From Cycas panzhihuaensis (Eukaryota > Plantae > Cycadophyta), in assembly GCA_023213395.1 (NCBI GenBank), contig CM041465.1:166663741-166727740 (forward strand): 64,000 nt of DNA, given 5' to 3'. Below, piece after piece: positions 7,563-20,918 of the stretch. Each line of letters opens with the position of its first letter. The stretch's first letter is position 1. Position numbers and translations under genes: made by a program. The notes under the pieces are model-generated. The model worked only from the letters and a program-made list of their open reading frames with translations, did not search any database and was not told where the DNA came from.

Positions 7563-10500
7563 TGTTAGAATATAATGTTTTATCCTAGGTTATAAACTAA
7601 TATATTTATGTACCCTAATGTAACCATGTGACACATGTCATCCATAGGTAATTCGGTTACAAGTTAGTTCCGGGGTGGTTACAAACTCTAATTGTATATA
7701 TGTACTTGCATCCTCAATAATGAATCACTTCATTCTCTCTTCATCATTGTGTAAGTTCAACATGGTATCAGAGCATGATACCTTGACCTATTGAAGAGGA
7801 AGATTGTCTTGAAGCTAGTCTAGATTGAGATGTCAGAGGATTTGAAAGAGAAGAAGAAGGCTGAAGAAGAGAAGTGCCAAGTCACTCAAAATTTTGAAAG
7901 AGGATCGGTTGAATCCGTACAGAGCCAGAGTACAGATCCGTACATCCGTACAAATATTATTTTCCAAGTTCTTAGCTCGAGACGAAATTTGGCCAGAATA
8001 TAAAGTGGGCCATTCTGACGAAGTTTCTCTTTTGCATTGAGTTAATTTGAGGTCATTTTCAACCTCTTTTTGGCCAAAAACGAGTTTGCACGGATTTGGA
8101 GTTGGACAGTGAAAATGTGATTTTTTTTGCGTAGTTCTCGTTGGTAATCAAGTTTAAAATCAGTGTTATGACATTTCAATCATATCTACAGTGATTTTTG
8201 AATTTTCTTGTGGAATTTTTTATCAATATAAGCGATTTTCTCTCAAAACCCTAATCGTAGATCGAGCATTTTGAGGTTGTTTTCTCTTTATTCTGAAGTC
8301 AGACTTGAAAAATAATTATAGATCCTAACTCACCTCTGCAAGAGCTTCCTTTTGAGGTATATTTTGTACTTGTCCATACAACTTTTGTACCGTATGAAAA
8401 TCCGTACAATTGTACGGCCTAGGGTTTCAAAAATTGTGTTTTTTGCTTGGAAATGTCTTCTTCCATCTTGGCCCTGTCTGATAATGACAAACTCACTGAA
8501 AACAACTATCACATATGGAAAATTAAAGTAGAAATTCTCCATGGAGCAAAAAATACATGGCAAATTGCTACAGGAGATGAAGTCAAGCCTAAAGATGCAG
8601 GGATTGCCCAAACTAATTGGGAAGAAAGGGACAACACTGGAGTCATCATATTAAAACTGTGAATATCTGATCCTTTACTCATTTATGTTGAGAATCTTCA
8701 CTCCACTACAAGTATTTGGAAGTATCTGGAGAATTTATATGGACAAAAGAATAGAGCTAAGATAATAGCTCTTAAAGAAGAATTGTTCAAACTCCACATG
8801 GTGTCTGAAACAATCACAAAATTTTTACATAAGGTGATTTTACTAAGAAATGATCTCTCCAATGTAGGTGATCCAATTTCAGATCATGCATTAGTAGAAC
8901 TCGTGGTTAGCAAATTGCCCAAGTCCTTTGATGTTACAATAAACACCATTACTAATGCAAATCAAATAGCAACTATGACAATGGACACGTTGATAGGGTT
9001 ACTACTATAACAAGAGCAAAGAATTTCAGATCATGCATTAGTAGAACTCGTGGTTAGCAAATTGCCCAAGTCCTTTGATGTTACAATAAACACCATTACT
9101 AATGCAAATCAAATAGCAACTATGACAATGGACACGTTGATAGGGTTACTACTATAACAAGAGCAAAGAAACAAACGATATGAAGATGTAGGAGAACTTG
9201 AAGACGCATTCACATCTAGATTGAAATTGGGATCTAGAGGACGAAACAGAGGAAGAGGAAAAACTCCTGAAAGTCGCACTCCATCACGTGGACGTTGGCA
9301 AGATTCAAGAGGACGAGGCCGCAACATGCCTTCAAGTTTCTATTATAGTTGTGGTAAGATTAGTCATTTTGCTAGTTCCTGTAAAACCTTTGATATATGT
9401 TATCATTGTGGCAAATCAGGACATTATCCATACCAGTGCAAGAGAGCAGATATCTAGAGAGGGAAGAGACCAATGGGGAACTACAATAAAGAATAGGACG
9501 GTGATGATGATCATGATGAAGAGGAAGAAATGACGTTCGTTGTTGCACTAATAATAAGCCTCCAAGACAAGGATATTTGATACATCAACTGAGGAGCATC
9601 GCGTCACATGACTAGTCGAGAAGAATGGTTCGAGAATCTACAACCATACATTGTTTATAAATTAGTAGAACTGGGAGACAAATACTCCCTTGAAATAAAA
9701 GGAGTTGGAACCATTGCTGTCAAGATAAAAGTCAGAGTTGAGAAAATTGAGAATGTACTTTTGGTGCCAGGTCTAAAAATGAATCTTTTATCTGTCTCCC
9801 AGTTTAAAAAGAAGGGGTTGAGCACTGTATTTGATGAAAAGGGTTTTTGTTATATTCTTGATATGAAGAACAATGGAAATGTAATCGCAAAACGGGTTGA
9901 AAGCAATGACCTATACAGGCTGCTGTCAACCCCATTTTGCCGGGTGTAAAAGTTTGTACTGCTGTAAGTCATAATGATAAAATGTGGCATTTGAAGTACA
10001 ATCATCTTCCCATAGAAAAACTAAAAAATATGGAGAAGAAAAGTTTAGTGATTGGTTTACCTCATATCACATCAAGCAATTTTCTATCTAAAAGTTGCCA
10101 ATTTGGCAAATAGCACAGACTGCCATTTCAAGAAAGCAAATGGCAAGTCCAAGAAAGATTAGAACTAGTACACACTGATCTATGTGGCTCTTTCGCTCTG
10201 CACTCCACCAATGGAAGTAGATACTTCCTTACCTTCATAGATGATTTGACCAGAAAAATTTGGGTTTATTTTTTGCATGCTAAATTAGAAGTTTTTGATG
10301 TATTCAAAGAATTTAAGGCTGAAACTGAATTAGAAACTAATGCCAAAATCAAATGTATAAAGTCTGATGGTGGGGGTGAATATATCTCCAAAGAATTTTT
10401 GGCGTATTGCAAAACCGGAGGAATATGAAGACAATTTACAACCCCTTGTACACCCCAATCCAATGGGGTTGCAGAAAGAAAGAATAGAGTTATCTTGGAA

Positions 10501-12878
10501 ATGGCTCGGAGCATGATGCATGGGAAAAATGTTCCAAGGTCATATTGGGTTGAAGCAATCAGCACAGCCTGTTACTTATTAAACGGAAGTCCAACAAAGG
10601 TAGCGGAACACCATACTCCAGAAGAATCATGGACGGGAAACTAAGCTTGACATAAGTCATGTAAAAGTATTTGGCAGCCAAGCCTTTGTTCATATTCTAG
10701 ATAAGAAAAGAACAAAGCTGGATTCGAAAAGTTTGGAATGTATTAAGGTTGGATATAACAAAAATTTGAAGGCATACAAGTGCATAGATCCAAAAACCAA
10801 CAAGTTATATGTAAGTCAAGATGATGTTTTCAATGAGGAAGACAAAGAGGAAAGTACAAGCCAAATTCAGGTGATTGAAAAGAGACCTCAAACAACTCCA
10901 CCGTACACTTCTATGGAAGAGGAGTCAGACATAACCTTAGAAGAAATTTTAGAAGAGTCTGCTTGACCTCAAGAATCTTACTTAGATTCCACTCTGGAAA
11001 TTGAATAAGGCTCCTCAGAAAAATCAAAGACTGAAGAAGAAAAGGAAAAGAAAATTCCCAAATGGTACCTCAAAACTATAGATGTAAGTAAAGGTTAAAT
11101 ACTTCCTCATAGAACAAGGAGTCAAAAGCCAAGAGCTTTGTTCAGTAATGTAGAGCCACAATCTTTCACTAAAGCCAAAGATCACATAGAATGGAAGAAA
11201 GCTATGGATGCAGTGCTGGATTCAATAAACAAAAACCAGACTTGGAAACTCATTGAGTTGCCATCAAACAAATCGGTTGTAAACTATAAATGGGACTATA
11301 AAATCAAAAGAGGACCTAATGGAAAGGTAGAAAAGTACAAGGCCAGACTAGTTGCAAAGGGATATACACAAACAACAGGTATAGAATATGAGGAAACTTT
11401 TTCTCTAGTGGCTAAGTTAAACATGGTTAGAATAGTTATAGCCTTAGTAGCACAGAAGAATTGGAAAATATATTAGTTAGATGTGAAAAGTGCTTTTTTG
11501 AATGGTGAGATTGAAGAAGAGGTATACATGTTTCAACCAGAGGGTTACATTAGACAAGGACAGGAGCATTTAGTGTGTAATCTAAAAAAGGCACTATATG
11601 GACTGAAATAGGCTCCCATGCATGGTATGCTAAATTAAATAGCCATCTTTGCAAAAATGGCTTCCAAAGAAGCATCTCAGACTCAAGTCTGTACATAAAA
11701 AGTAAAAATGGAGCAATTACTATAATAGAAGTTTATGCAGATGACATGATCTTCACAGGTGATGATGATGAATCAATATCCGATATAAAGAAGCAACTCG
11801 AAATCAAATTTGAAATGACTGACTTAGGACTCCTCAATTACTGCTTTAGGAATCCAAATCGAGCAGCAGACCGATTCAATTACTTTGTGATACATCAGAG
11901 ATTTGTTAACAAAGTTTATAATGGAAGAATGCAATTCTTGTTTCACTCCCATGGAAACAAACTGCAATTTGGCTTTAGGTGAAGGAGAAATTTACATTGA
12001 TGCAACTTTATATAGACAACTTGTTAGAAGTCTAATCTATCTCACGGCAACAAGACCTGACATCTTGTATGTCATGAGTTTAATATCCAGATACATGCAC
12101 GAGCCAAGAACAAGACATTGGAATGCTGCAAAAAGAATTTTAAGGTATCTCAAAGGAACAACCGAATTGAAGCTAATGTATCCAAAAGAGACATCGCATC
12201 AACTAACAGGATTCTGTGATTCAGACTGAGCAGGTGACAAGGAGTAAAGAAAATCAACCAGTGGGTATTGTTTCTTTCTAGGTGCCTCACCAATCTCTTG
12301 GAGTAGTAAAAAAATAGGCCACTGTAGCACTATCATCAATGCAGGCAGTACAAATCGGTGGTCGGTCACGATGGCAGCAGTTTGGCTCAGACAACTAATG
12401 AAAGATCTAAAAGCTCCTCAAAAGACAGCAACAACACTCTATTGCGACAATCAGAGTACAATCAAGCTCATCAAAAATCTAGTGTTTCATGCCAGAACCA
12501 AACACATTGAAGTTCAACATCATTTTATTAGGGAAAAGGTTCAAAACAGAGAAATAGATCTTGTCTACTGTCCCCCAAATGAACAAGTGGCTGATATATT
12601 GACCAAACCACTGGGAAAAGATAGATTTCAAATTCTTAGAGACAAAATAGGATTAGTTGGATAAAACATTAAGAGAGGGTGTTAGAATATAATGTTTTAT
12701 CCTAGGTTATAAACTAATATATTTATGTATCCTAATGTAACCTTGTGACACGTCATCCAGAGATAATTCAGGTACAAGTTAGTTTCAGGGTGGTTACAAA
12801 CCCTAATTGTATATATGTACTTGCATCCTCAATAATGAATTAATTCATTCTCTCTTCTATCATTGCGTAAGTTCAACA
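7563..12878 (+). mobile_element. full-length degenerate Ty1/copia #2
   Basis: LTRs 7563-7762 and 12680-12878 (about 12 substitutions and 2 small indels by eye); perfect TSD CTTCT; PBS TGGTATCAGAGC 7763-7774; PPT AAGAGAGGG 12671-12679; gag-PR-IN-RT-RH fragments. Confidence 0.97.
8453..12664 (+). pseudogene. copia #2 gag-pol polyprotein
   Basis: KLTENNYHIWK, CYHCGKSGHYPYQC, SDGGGEY, KYKARLVAKGY, TRPDI, YCDNQS, HARTKHIEV, ADILTKPL; many stops and frameshifts. Confidence 0.92.
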
Positions 12879-15486
12879 CTTCTTAGATGACTTATGAGAA
12901 TCTTCCCAATTGTGTACTTCTTAGTCAGCATTTGAGGGATAACTAACCAAATAATTAAAGTCACCATGGATTAATGATGGATTAAACATTATTTTCCAAC
13001 AACCTTGTATAATGAAGTTCTTGTTAAGTCTACCAAAGTTTACTCGTATTTACATTTACATGCCTCTTGGGTCCATTTGTGGATGAGTTTTATGGGATTG
13101 CACTTTGTCAATTCAAACTTTTAATAGTTAAGAACATTAAATATCTAAGAGGCAATGCATAACAATTGCACATATTGAGGGTGAGAGAGATACTCCATAA
13201 ATACTTTGTGTTAAATTATATAAAGTAATTACTAATATAATCAAAATATCCATTCACAACATATTTTTTTTGATGTACAGAATGAATTTTTAAATAATGA
13301 TGGAAAACAAGCTTTTATTAAGTGAAATGATCCATTCGAACAGATCATCTTTGGCTTTTGTAATATCACCAACACAATCATGGGTATTTTTATAATCAAA
13401 TATAACTTTTCCAATTTCAAAGTAAGATCAATTTCCCTAGTGTTGATGTTGTGGAGTATTCCTTTGACTAGAAAGGGTATTTTTGGCAAGACAATGGAAA
13501 TGGCTTTGTTTTGTTATATGGTGAACGAGACACTTGCCCTAATACAACCAATGTATTCTTGCTTTCACTTCCTTGGTTTAAAATGACCGCTTTTATCACA
13601 AGTAGCAACGTTTAGTGAGCCTCTCATAACGATCTGACAAATTTGGGCACTTTTCTTCATGATATTATGTCGAGAGTAGCTAGAATTTTGTTGCCTTAAT
13701 TGTACAATGCCTTTGCAATTGCTTGAAGTTTTTGCAACTTGTCAAAACATGACCAACACATTTTTATAGTAGGAAAATTAGGCACATCATTGTTAGCCTT
13801 ATGCCTCATTAAATACTTGTATAACTTCATAATGACTAGATAAGTGAGACTCATTATGGTTACAAGCATCTGAGCATGTATGAGACCACATCTAGGCATG
13901 ATGAGTTGTAATATACCTCACATGTTCTAAAATTAGTGTGTACTTGCCCAATGGATCAGTTTGGTCAATTTGGTGATGAGTTGTATAGGACTACGCTCAT
14001 TGATTCAACTCTCTAAGATCTAAGAACATTAAATATCCAATAAGCAATTCATAGCAATTCTACATATTGAGGATGAGGTAGATTCTCTATAAACGCTCAT
14101 GATAATTCATTTATCCACTCATCAATAGGAGTAAGAAGCTATTGAGAGAGTTAAGGCATCTAAAAAGTTTCTTTCAACAAGTAAGGGTCCATATTCTACT
14201 TCTAGTGGTGATGCATCTAATGCATTTGTGCCTATGATTGTTCAGGAAGATCGTAAATGGCAAAATTTGGGCTTACTTGGAAAGACACTTGATGTGAATG
14301 GAAGGGAGGAGGTGGATAGCAAGGTTCCACGTTGCTTTATGCATACAAACTCCTATTTTCTCTTGTTTGCTCTCCATATTGGTAGGATATGATGAGCTCA
14401 ATTACTGATTGGCCAAGGGGCTATAAGAGCCCTAGATATGAGAGATTGCATACTACCTTGCTTGCAAAGGAAGGGAAACTGGTGGAGTAGTTCATGGAGT
14501 CAATCTGCACAAGTTGAAACACAATAGGGGCTTCCACTATATTAGATTGATGGACAAACGTAACAAATAAACTTCCTATGAATCTCATTGCCAACTCTCC
14601 AAAGGGTGCATGCTTATTTAAGGCAATTGATTGCAGTGGAAAGGAGAAGAACACAATGTTTTACAAATGTTCTCATAAATGTATATGAAAAATGTTGCGA
14701 AATTTGGGTCCATTTGGAAAGATGCTTGATGCGAATGGAATAGAGGAGGTTGATAACAAGGTTGCATGTTGTATTTATGTGTGCAAACTCCCATTTTCTC
14801 TCATTCACTCTCCTTATTGGCAAGATATGATAAAAGCAATTAATGATGGGCGAAGGGGCTATAAGAGCCCTACTTATGAGAGATTGCATACCACCTTGCT
14901 TGGGAAGGAAGGGAAATTGGTGGAGTGGTGCATGGAGTCAATCCTTGCAAGTTGGAACACAATAGGGGTTTCTATTGTATTAGATGGGTGGACAGATGCA
15001 ACAATAGGCCTCTTATGAACCTCATCATCTACTGTTTAAGAGTGCATGCTTCTTTAATACAATTGATTGTACTAATAAGGAGAAGAACATAATTTGTTAC
15101 AAATGTGCTGAGAAATGCAATTGAAATCATGGGGCCATCAAATGTGATGCAAGTCATCATAGACGATTCATACATTTCTAAAGCAATTGGTTTGATTACG
15201 GAAATTAGATACAACCATATATTTTGGACTCCATATGTGGTTTACAACTTGAATTTGGCATTGAAGGTGATTAGGCCAATTCCTTAGATCTAGGAAATCT
15301 ATGATGCAAGGGAGAAAATTTAAGTGTTTGTGGTCAATAGTGAGCAAGCATATCTGATTTTCGAAGCACAGTCTTGCTTGGCAATCTTGAAGGGTGCAAA
15401 ACCATGATTTGCATTCCATTTTTTCATGCTCCGGAGATTATGTGTGGTTAAGGAGGCCTTGGGAAACATTGTGTTTTCAAAGGAAC

Positions 15487-18400
15487 TGATATACCTGCAT
15501 ACTCATGAAATTTTGATTGGGAAAATACCTTTAGGCCTTGTGTATGCACATGAATTTGGGACTTGAATTAGGTAAGAGGAATGGGAGGAATGAATGACTT
15601 TTCTCTTCATTGATTTCCTTGAAGAATGACTTGCATATTTATGTAAACCGAAGTTGGTTTGTTTGTAGGATTCATGTAAACCGAAGTTGGTTTGTTTGTA
15701 AGACACATATGGGTGCCTTGCATGACATGTGTCACCTATATACGTAATTACTCATTAAGTTCCTTAAGTACTTTTAAAATGATACTTTAAGAGTATTGTG
15801 AATATAAGGCTATACTTATACGTTAAGACTATACATAAATATTCATCATTTCTTCCTTGCTTAAAAAGAAATTGGCCCTAATTTTTGTTGAAGATGGGGA
15901 AAATGTTTTTGGAGAGCTGCTTCAGAGATCCATTTGGCCTTGGTGTGTAGAGTCCCTTTTCAACCAACGAGATAGGTGGTGGTAATTTGTTGCTTAGTTT
16001 GCTGTTGGCGAGTGTCGAGGATGGTGTTGGCTGAAAGTATAGGTTGAAAATCTATAATGGTATCAAAAGGATGAGAAATAAGAGGTTCAACTTCAATTTG
16101 TGGTGGCTCATATATCTTGAGTTGGTTGATATTGACAACATCATGAATACCCAGATGAACAGGTAAGGCGAGGCGAAAAGAATTTGGTCCTATAGCTTGA
16201 ATTATAGTATAACGACCAAAACAAATATGTTTAAACTTGTGGTGATGTTTAAACCATTTGCGATCCAGATGAAGCCAAACTTTGTTGTCGACTTGAAAGG
16301 AAGCTTTAGAGCTGATCTTGAGTTGTTTTATATTCGAGTTGAATCTGGTGGAAAATTTACTTGATTGTGGAATGTAGTTTATTCATGTGATCAATAAAAG
16401 ATCCAACTTTTTGTTGTTGTTTTTGCTTGTGCCTTGTGGTAGAAGAAGGAACAACAAGTAGAAGTTCATAAGGGGCAAGTGGTTGATATCCATAGTAAAC
16501 TTCAAAAGGAGATCGTCCAATGAAAACATGAGTTGCTCAATTATAACAATGCTATATATGATGGAGATGTAAATCCCATTGTTTAGTGTTGTGTTGGTAA
16601 ATGCAGAGTGCATGTACCAGTGTGTAATTAACCATCTCTATTTGACCATTAGTTTGGGGATGAAAAGAAGTTCAAAAATTGAGTTGGTAGCCAAGCATCT
16701 TACAGAGAGCTTGCCAAAAAAAAATCAGAAAATGACTCCTGTCAGAAACTATAGACAATGGAAGACCATAGTGAGTCCATGCATATTGAAAAAATAACTC
16801 AGAAACTCGAGAAGCAGAGATGTTCTTTGTGCAGGGAATGAAAATTGCCATTTTGAAAAATCAACAAACAATGCCAAATATATAGTCGTCGTCGCACTGA
16901 GTGGTGGGTAGCCTGCTTACAAAGTCCATCGAAATAGATTCCCATGACCGATTGGGGACAAGAAGTGGTTGATAAAGTCCTAGTTTGCAATTAGAGGGTC
17001 TGGATTGACTGTAGGGAGAGCAACACCGAATATAATCTTCAACTGACTTTTGCATGGAAGGCCAGTAAAAATAACACTGAAGGTGCTGAAGAGTTTTGTG
17101 CGTTCCAAAGTGTCCACTATATGTCGAAGAATGAGCCTCTTTGAGAAACTGTTGTCACGGAGCGCCAATAGGAACACACAGATGATTAACCTTATAGAGA
17201 AGACCATTTGTGAGGTGATAATCCAAAAAAGGTTCGAGATTAGTTTGGGTGGGCTGAGATAAAGTGGTTAGGATAGGTCCAACTTGGGAGGACAACTCAG
17301 AAAATCGTAGTAAGGTGGTTGAAAGTAGTATTGAGAAAGGTGGCTAAAGCTATAGGATGGGAGGACAACTCAGAAAATCGGCTACTTTATTAGAAACTCT
17401 TTTTTTGTATTTAATCAGGAGTTGAAATTATTGAATGTAAGAAGCCCATTTAAGATGTCAATATTTTTGGATTTTGGATTGGAAATTTAGAAATTGCAAA
17501 TGTTGGTGGTCGGTATGGACAATAGTTTTATTGCCAAGGGGAAAGTGTTGCCAATGATGGAGAGCTTGAACAAGGGCATAAAATTCTTTGTTATAAGTTC
17601 TATAATTGAGCTTGGCCTAAAAAAATGTTTCAGAATGATAAGCAATAGGATATTCTCCTTACTTAATAACAATGACAAGGGCAAATTGGGAAGCATCGAT
17701 TTCTAGTTCAAAGGGTTAAGTGAGATCAGAAAGATGAAGGACATGTGTGGTGTAGAGGGCAACTTTGAGTCTTTGAAAAGTGGATTTTACAGAAGAGTTT
17801 CATACAAAGGTTGTTGAATTTTTAGTAAGAATTTTGAGAGGATGTGCAAATGCTAGAAAAGTGGGAAATGAATTTTCTATAAAAGTTGACAATGCCAAGA
17901 GAACTTTTGAGCTTGGTGAGAGTAGAAGATGTTAGCCAATTTTGAATGATGCAGACTTTTTCTGGATTAACATGAACAACATTCTCGTCAATGATGAATC
18001 CAAGATAAAGGATAGATTTTTGTGTAAAGAAACATTTCTTGAACTTGGCTTTGAGTTGATGTTGTCGTAACAAAGCCATGGCAGTATCGACATGATGAAG
18101 ATGCTCCTCCAAATTGTTGCTGAAGACTAGTATATCATCAAGATAAGCAATGACAAATTTACCCAAGTGAGAGCGGAAAATATCATTAATAAGCCACATG
18201 AAAGTAGCAAGAGCGTTAGTCAAGCCAAAAGGCATGACTAACCATTCATAAAGGCCATTTTGAGTCTTGAAGGTTGTTTTCCAAGTGTCATGAGCTTGTA
18301 CTTGAACTTGTTGATATCTAGAGGCCAAATCAATTTTAGTTAAATATTTGGCTCCTTTGAGATGATCCAACAAGTCATCAATGCATGGAAGTGGGTACCA

Positions 18401-19946
18401 ATTTTTAACAGTGATTTTGTTAAGAGCTCGGTAATCAATACATATGCACCATTCTTTATTTTTTTTTGGAATGAGGATTGCAGGGGAGCCACAAGGAAAA
18501 AAACTTGGTTGAATTTTACCTTCTTCAATTAATTGAGGTAGTTGGCGCTCCAATTCAGCATGGATGAGAGGAGTAATGTGATATAGAGTTTGATTAGGAA
18601 GTGAGGAACTTGGAACAAGATCAATAGAATGTTGCACAACACATATTCGAGGAAGTCCCTTAGGTTTTGCAAAAACATTGGAGTACACATCTAAAAGAGC
18701 TTTTATTGCTTTGGGTGGCATCTTAGTATAATTTTTCTTTTCTACTTGATGAATGACACAAAGTACCATTTGTTTAGAGGTGTTGTTGGCAAGTTTGACT
18801 ACAGGGTTGTCGGTGATGAGATCTAAGGTTGGCTAAGCATTGATTGTAGAAGTAAGTTTATACGCTTTCCCATTTTTGTGAAGCATATAGGTATTATGAT
18901 ATCCATCATACAATGTTCGACGATCGTGCTAATATGGGTGTCCCAAGAGAACATCGCTGGAATCCATAGGGGTGACATCACAATCAACAGTGTCCAAGAA
19001 TGACAAAATGGCAAAAGTGGTAGTGCAAATTTTGTTGACCATTGTTGTGTGACCATTAGTCATTACCCATCCAAGAGTATAGGGTTTAGGATGTGGCTTG
19101 GTCGACAATTGTAGGGAATCCACTAATGTTTGTGAGATTAGATTCTTTATACTTCCATTATCAATGATACAGAGAGCTAAGCGATCCTTGATCTGACAAT
19201 TCTATGTGAAAAGTCGTTCTTTCTGAGAAGTAGAATATTCATTGGTCATCAACACAATATGCTGATATGGAGCATGCAAATTAGGGACATCAATGGTGTC
19301 ATTTGATTCCGGTGGTGCTTGATGTTCGGTGATTAGAGTGCGTAATTTATGTTGTACTCGATATTCATTGTTTGTATGGCTTGAGCATTTATGAAAAGAA
19401 CAATATTTCTGTGTATTAGCTAGTCGCGGCACATTGAATGTTTTGGAAGTTGAGGTAGATGCTAGAGGTGGCTGAGGTGTTGCAACTTGTTTTCAATTTT
19501 GTTACGGTGGTTGTATGGCTGTTCGTACACCTCTGCAGACCCTAAAAACTTAAAAAAATTAATCTTCATAGGCAATCGACCTCACTTTGATACCAAAAAA
19601 TGATATGCCTACAGATTTTTGCTTACTTGCTCCTCATGAAATTCTGACTAGGAAAATACCTTCAGGCCTCGTGTATGCATAGAAATTCGAGACCTGAATT
19701 AGGCAAGGGGAATGGGAGGGATGCATAACTTCTCTCTTCATTGATTTCCTTGAAGAATGGCGTACATATTTATACAAACTCAAGTTGGTTTGTATGTAGG
19801 ACACATATGTGTACCATGTAGAACATGTGTCATCTATATACCTAATTGGTAATTAAGTTCCTTAAGTACCTTTAAAATGATACTTAAAGAGTATTGTGAA
19901 TATAAGACTATACTTATACATTAAGACTATACATAAATATTCATCA
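15487..19946 (-). mobile_element. Ty3/gypsy chromovirus-like element, internally deleted
   Basis: LTRs 15487-15848 and 19601-19946 (TGATA...CATCA); PBS TGGTATCAAAGT ~19584-19595; decayed TSD GGAAC/GGCAT; protease IIDNGS, RT (CIDYRALN, MPFGL, YLDD), integrase (WESISMDFV), chromodomain-like tail. Confidence 0.92.
17822..18769 (-). pseudogene. gypsy reverse transcriptase
   Basis: 315-aa ORF with CIDYRALNKIT, YEWLVMPFGLTNA, AYLDDILVFS. Confidence 0.92.
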
Positions 19947-20873
19947 GGCATGGCATAAGCTGAGGGCTTCTAATAATGAAAAAGCATAGTAGATTATTGG
20001 CTACATCATTGATGATCAATGGTGGGAAAAGGTGAGTATATACTCCGATATTGAGTCCATTGTGGATATGATTCAAAGAGCTAACATAGATCGCCCTTCC
20101 ATGGGAGAAGTGTATGAAGGCATGGCTGGCATGATAGAAAAGATAGAAGATATCATTGTGAAAGAGAAGAATGACAAATCTTTCTTTCCAAAGATTCGTA
20201 CCATCATTGGTGATAGGTGGGACAAATTTAATATGCCTTTGCATACTTTAACATATGTATTGCCTCCCAAATACTATGATAATGCTTTGATTATGGAAAG
20301 TGGTGGTAGGAGGAAGGCACCCAAAAAAGATAAAGAGGTTATCGTGGGATACAAGGCTGCATTCAACAAAATTTCTTTAGATGAGGAACAAGCCCTTATT
20401 GGGCAATTTGTTAGTGAGAAGGATTCCTTTGGAGATCCACAAGCATTGAAGGACAAAGCAAAGATGGATCCTATTGAGTGGTGGGGTTATGGATTAAAAG
20501 CTAAAGAATTCTATTCCCTTGCCATATATATCCTTTCACAAGTGGCAAGCTCTTTGATAACTGAAAAGAATTGGAGCACCTATGGATTCATTGATTCGGT
20601 GAAAAGAAACAAGTTGGGATTGAAGAAGGTCAAAGATCTAGTTTATGCACACACAGATCTTTGCCTTCTGTCATGGGCAAAGAAAGAGTACATTAAAGGG
20701 CCTTCATATTTGTAGGATTTGAATCTTGAAGAGGGGTAGTTGGGTCTCCAAGACTTGGCTTTTAATAATTTGTTCTTGGATCCACTAGTTTTGCCACTAG
20801 AAGATTTCAAAGGTTTCCATGATAATGATCCTCTTCCTTTTGCTTCTGCTTCTTATGATGCATTATTGGTTTA

Positions 20874-20875
<2 letters not shown>

Positions 20876-20916
<41 letters not shown>
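20876..20916. repeat. (AT)n microsatellite
   Basis: about 20 AT units. Confidence 0.95.

Positions 20917-20918
<2 letters not shown>

Larger units (their letters stand above)
7387..13001 (-). repeat. older ~295-bp LTR, split by copia #2
   Basis: Termini TGTTGAAAAT (7387) and ATTTTCCAACA (13001) are near-inverted; degenerate PBS (GCTTTGGTATCA) at 7375-7386. Confidence 0.6.
14100..20850 (+). pseudogene. hAT-superfamily transposase (DUF659-type + hATC dimerisation domain), split by the gypsy insertion
   Basis: 5' part: GYKSPTYERL, VSIVLDGWTD, GPSNVMQVI, IFWTPYVVYNLNLAL. 3' part (ORF 20032-20715): PSMGEVYE, RWDKFNMPLH, DPIEWW, SQVASS..EKNWSTYGFI..KRNKL...DLVY. Boundaries approximate. Confidence 0.85.

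Noticed and set aside
13050-14100. Diverged ~115-bp direct repeats (~13082, ~13975) flanking decayed coding-like DNA
   Set aside because: No termini, TSD or translatable motif to classify it.
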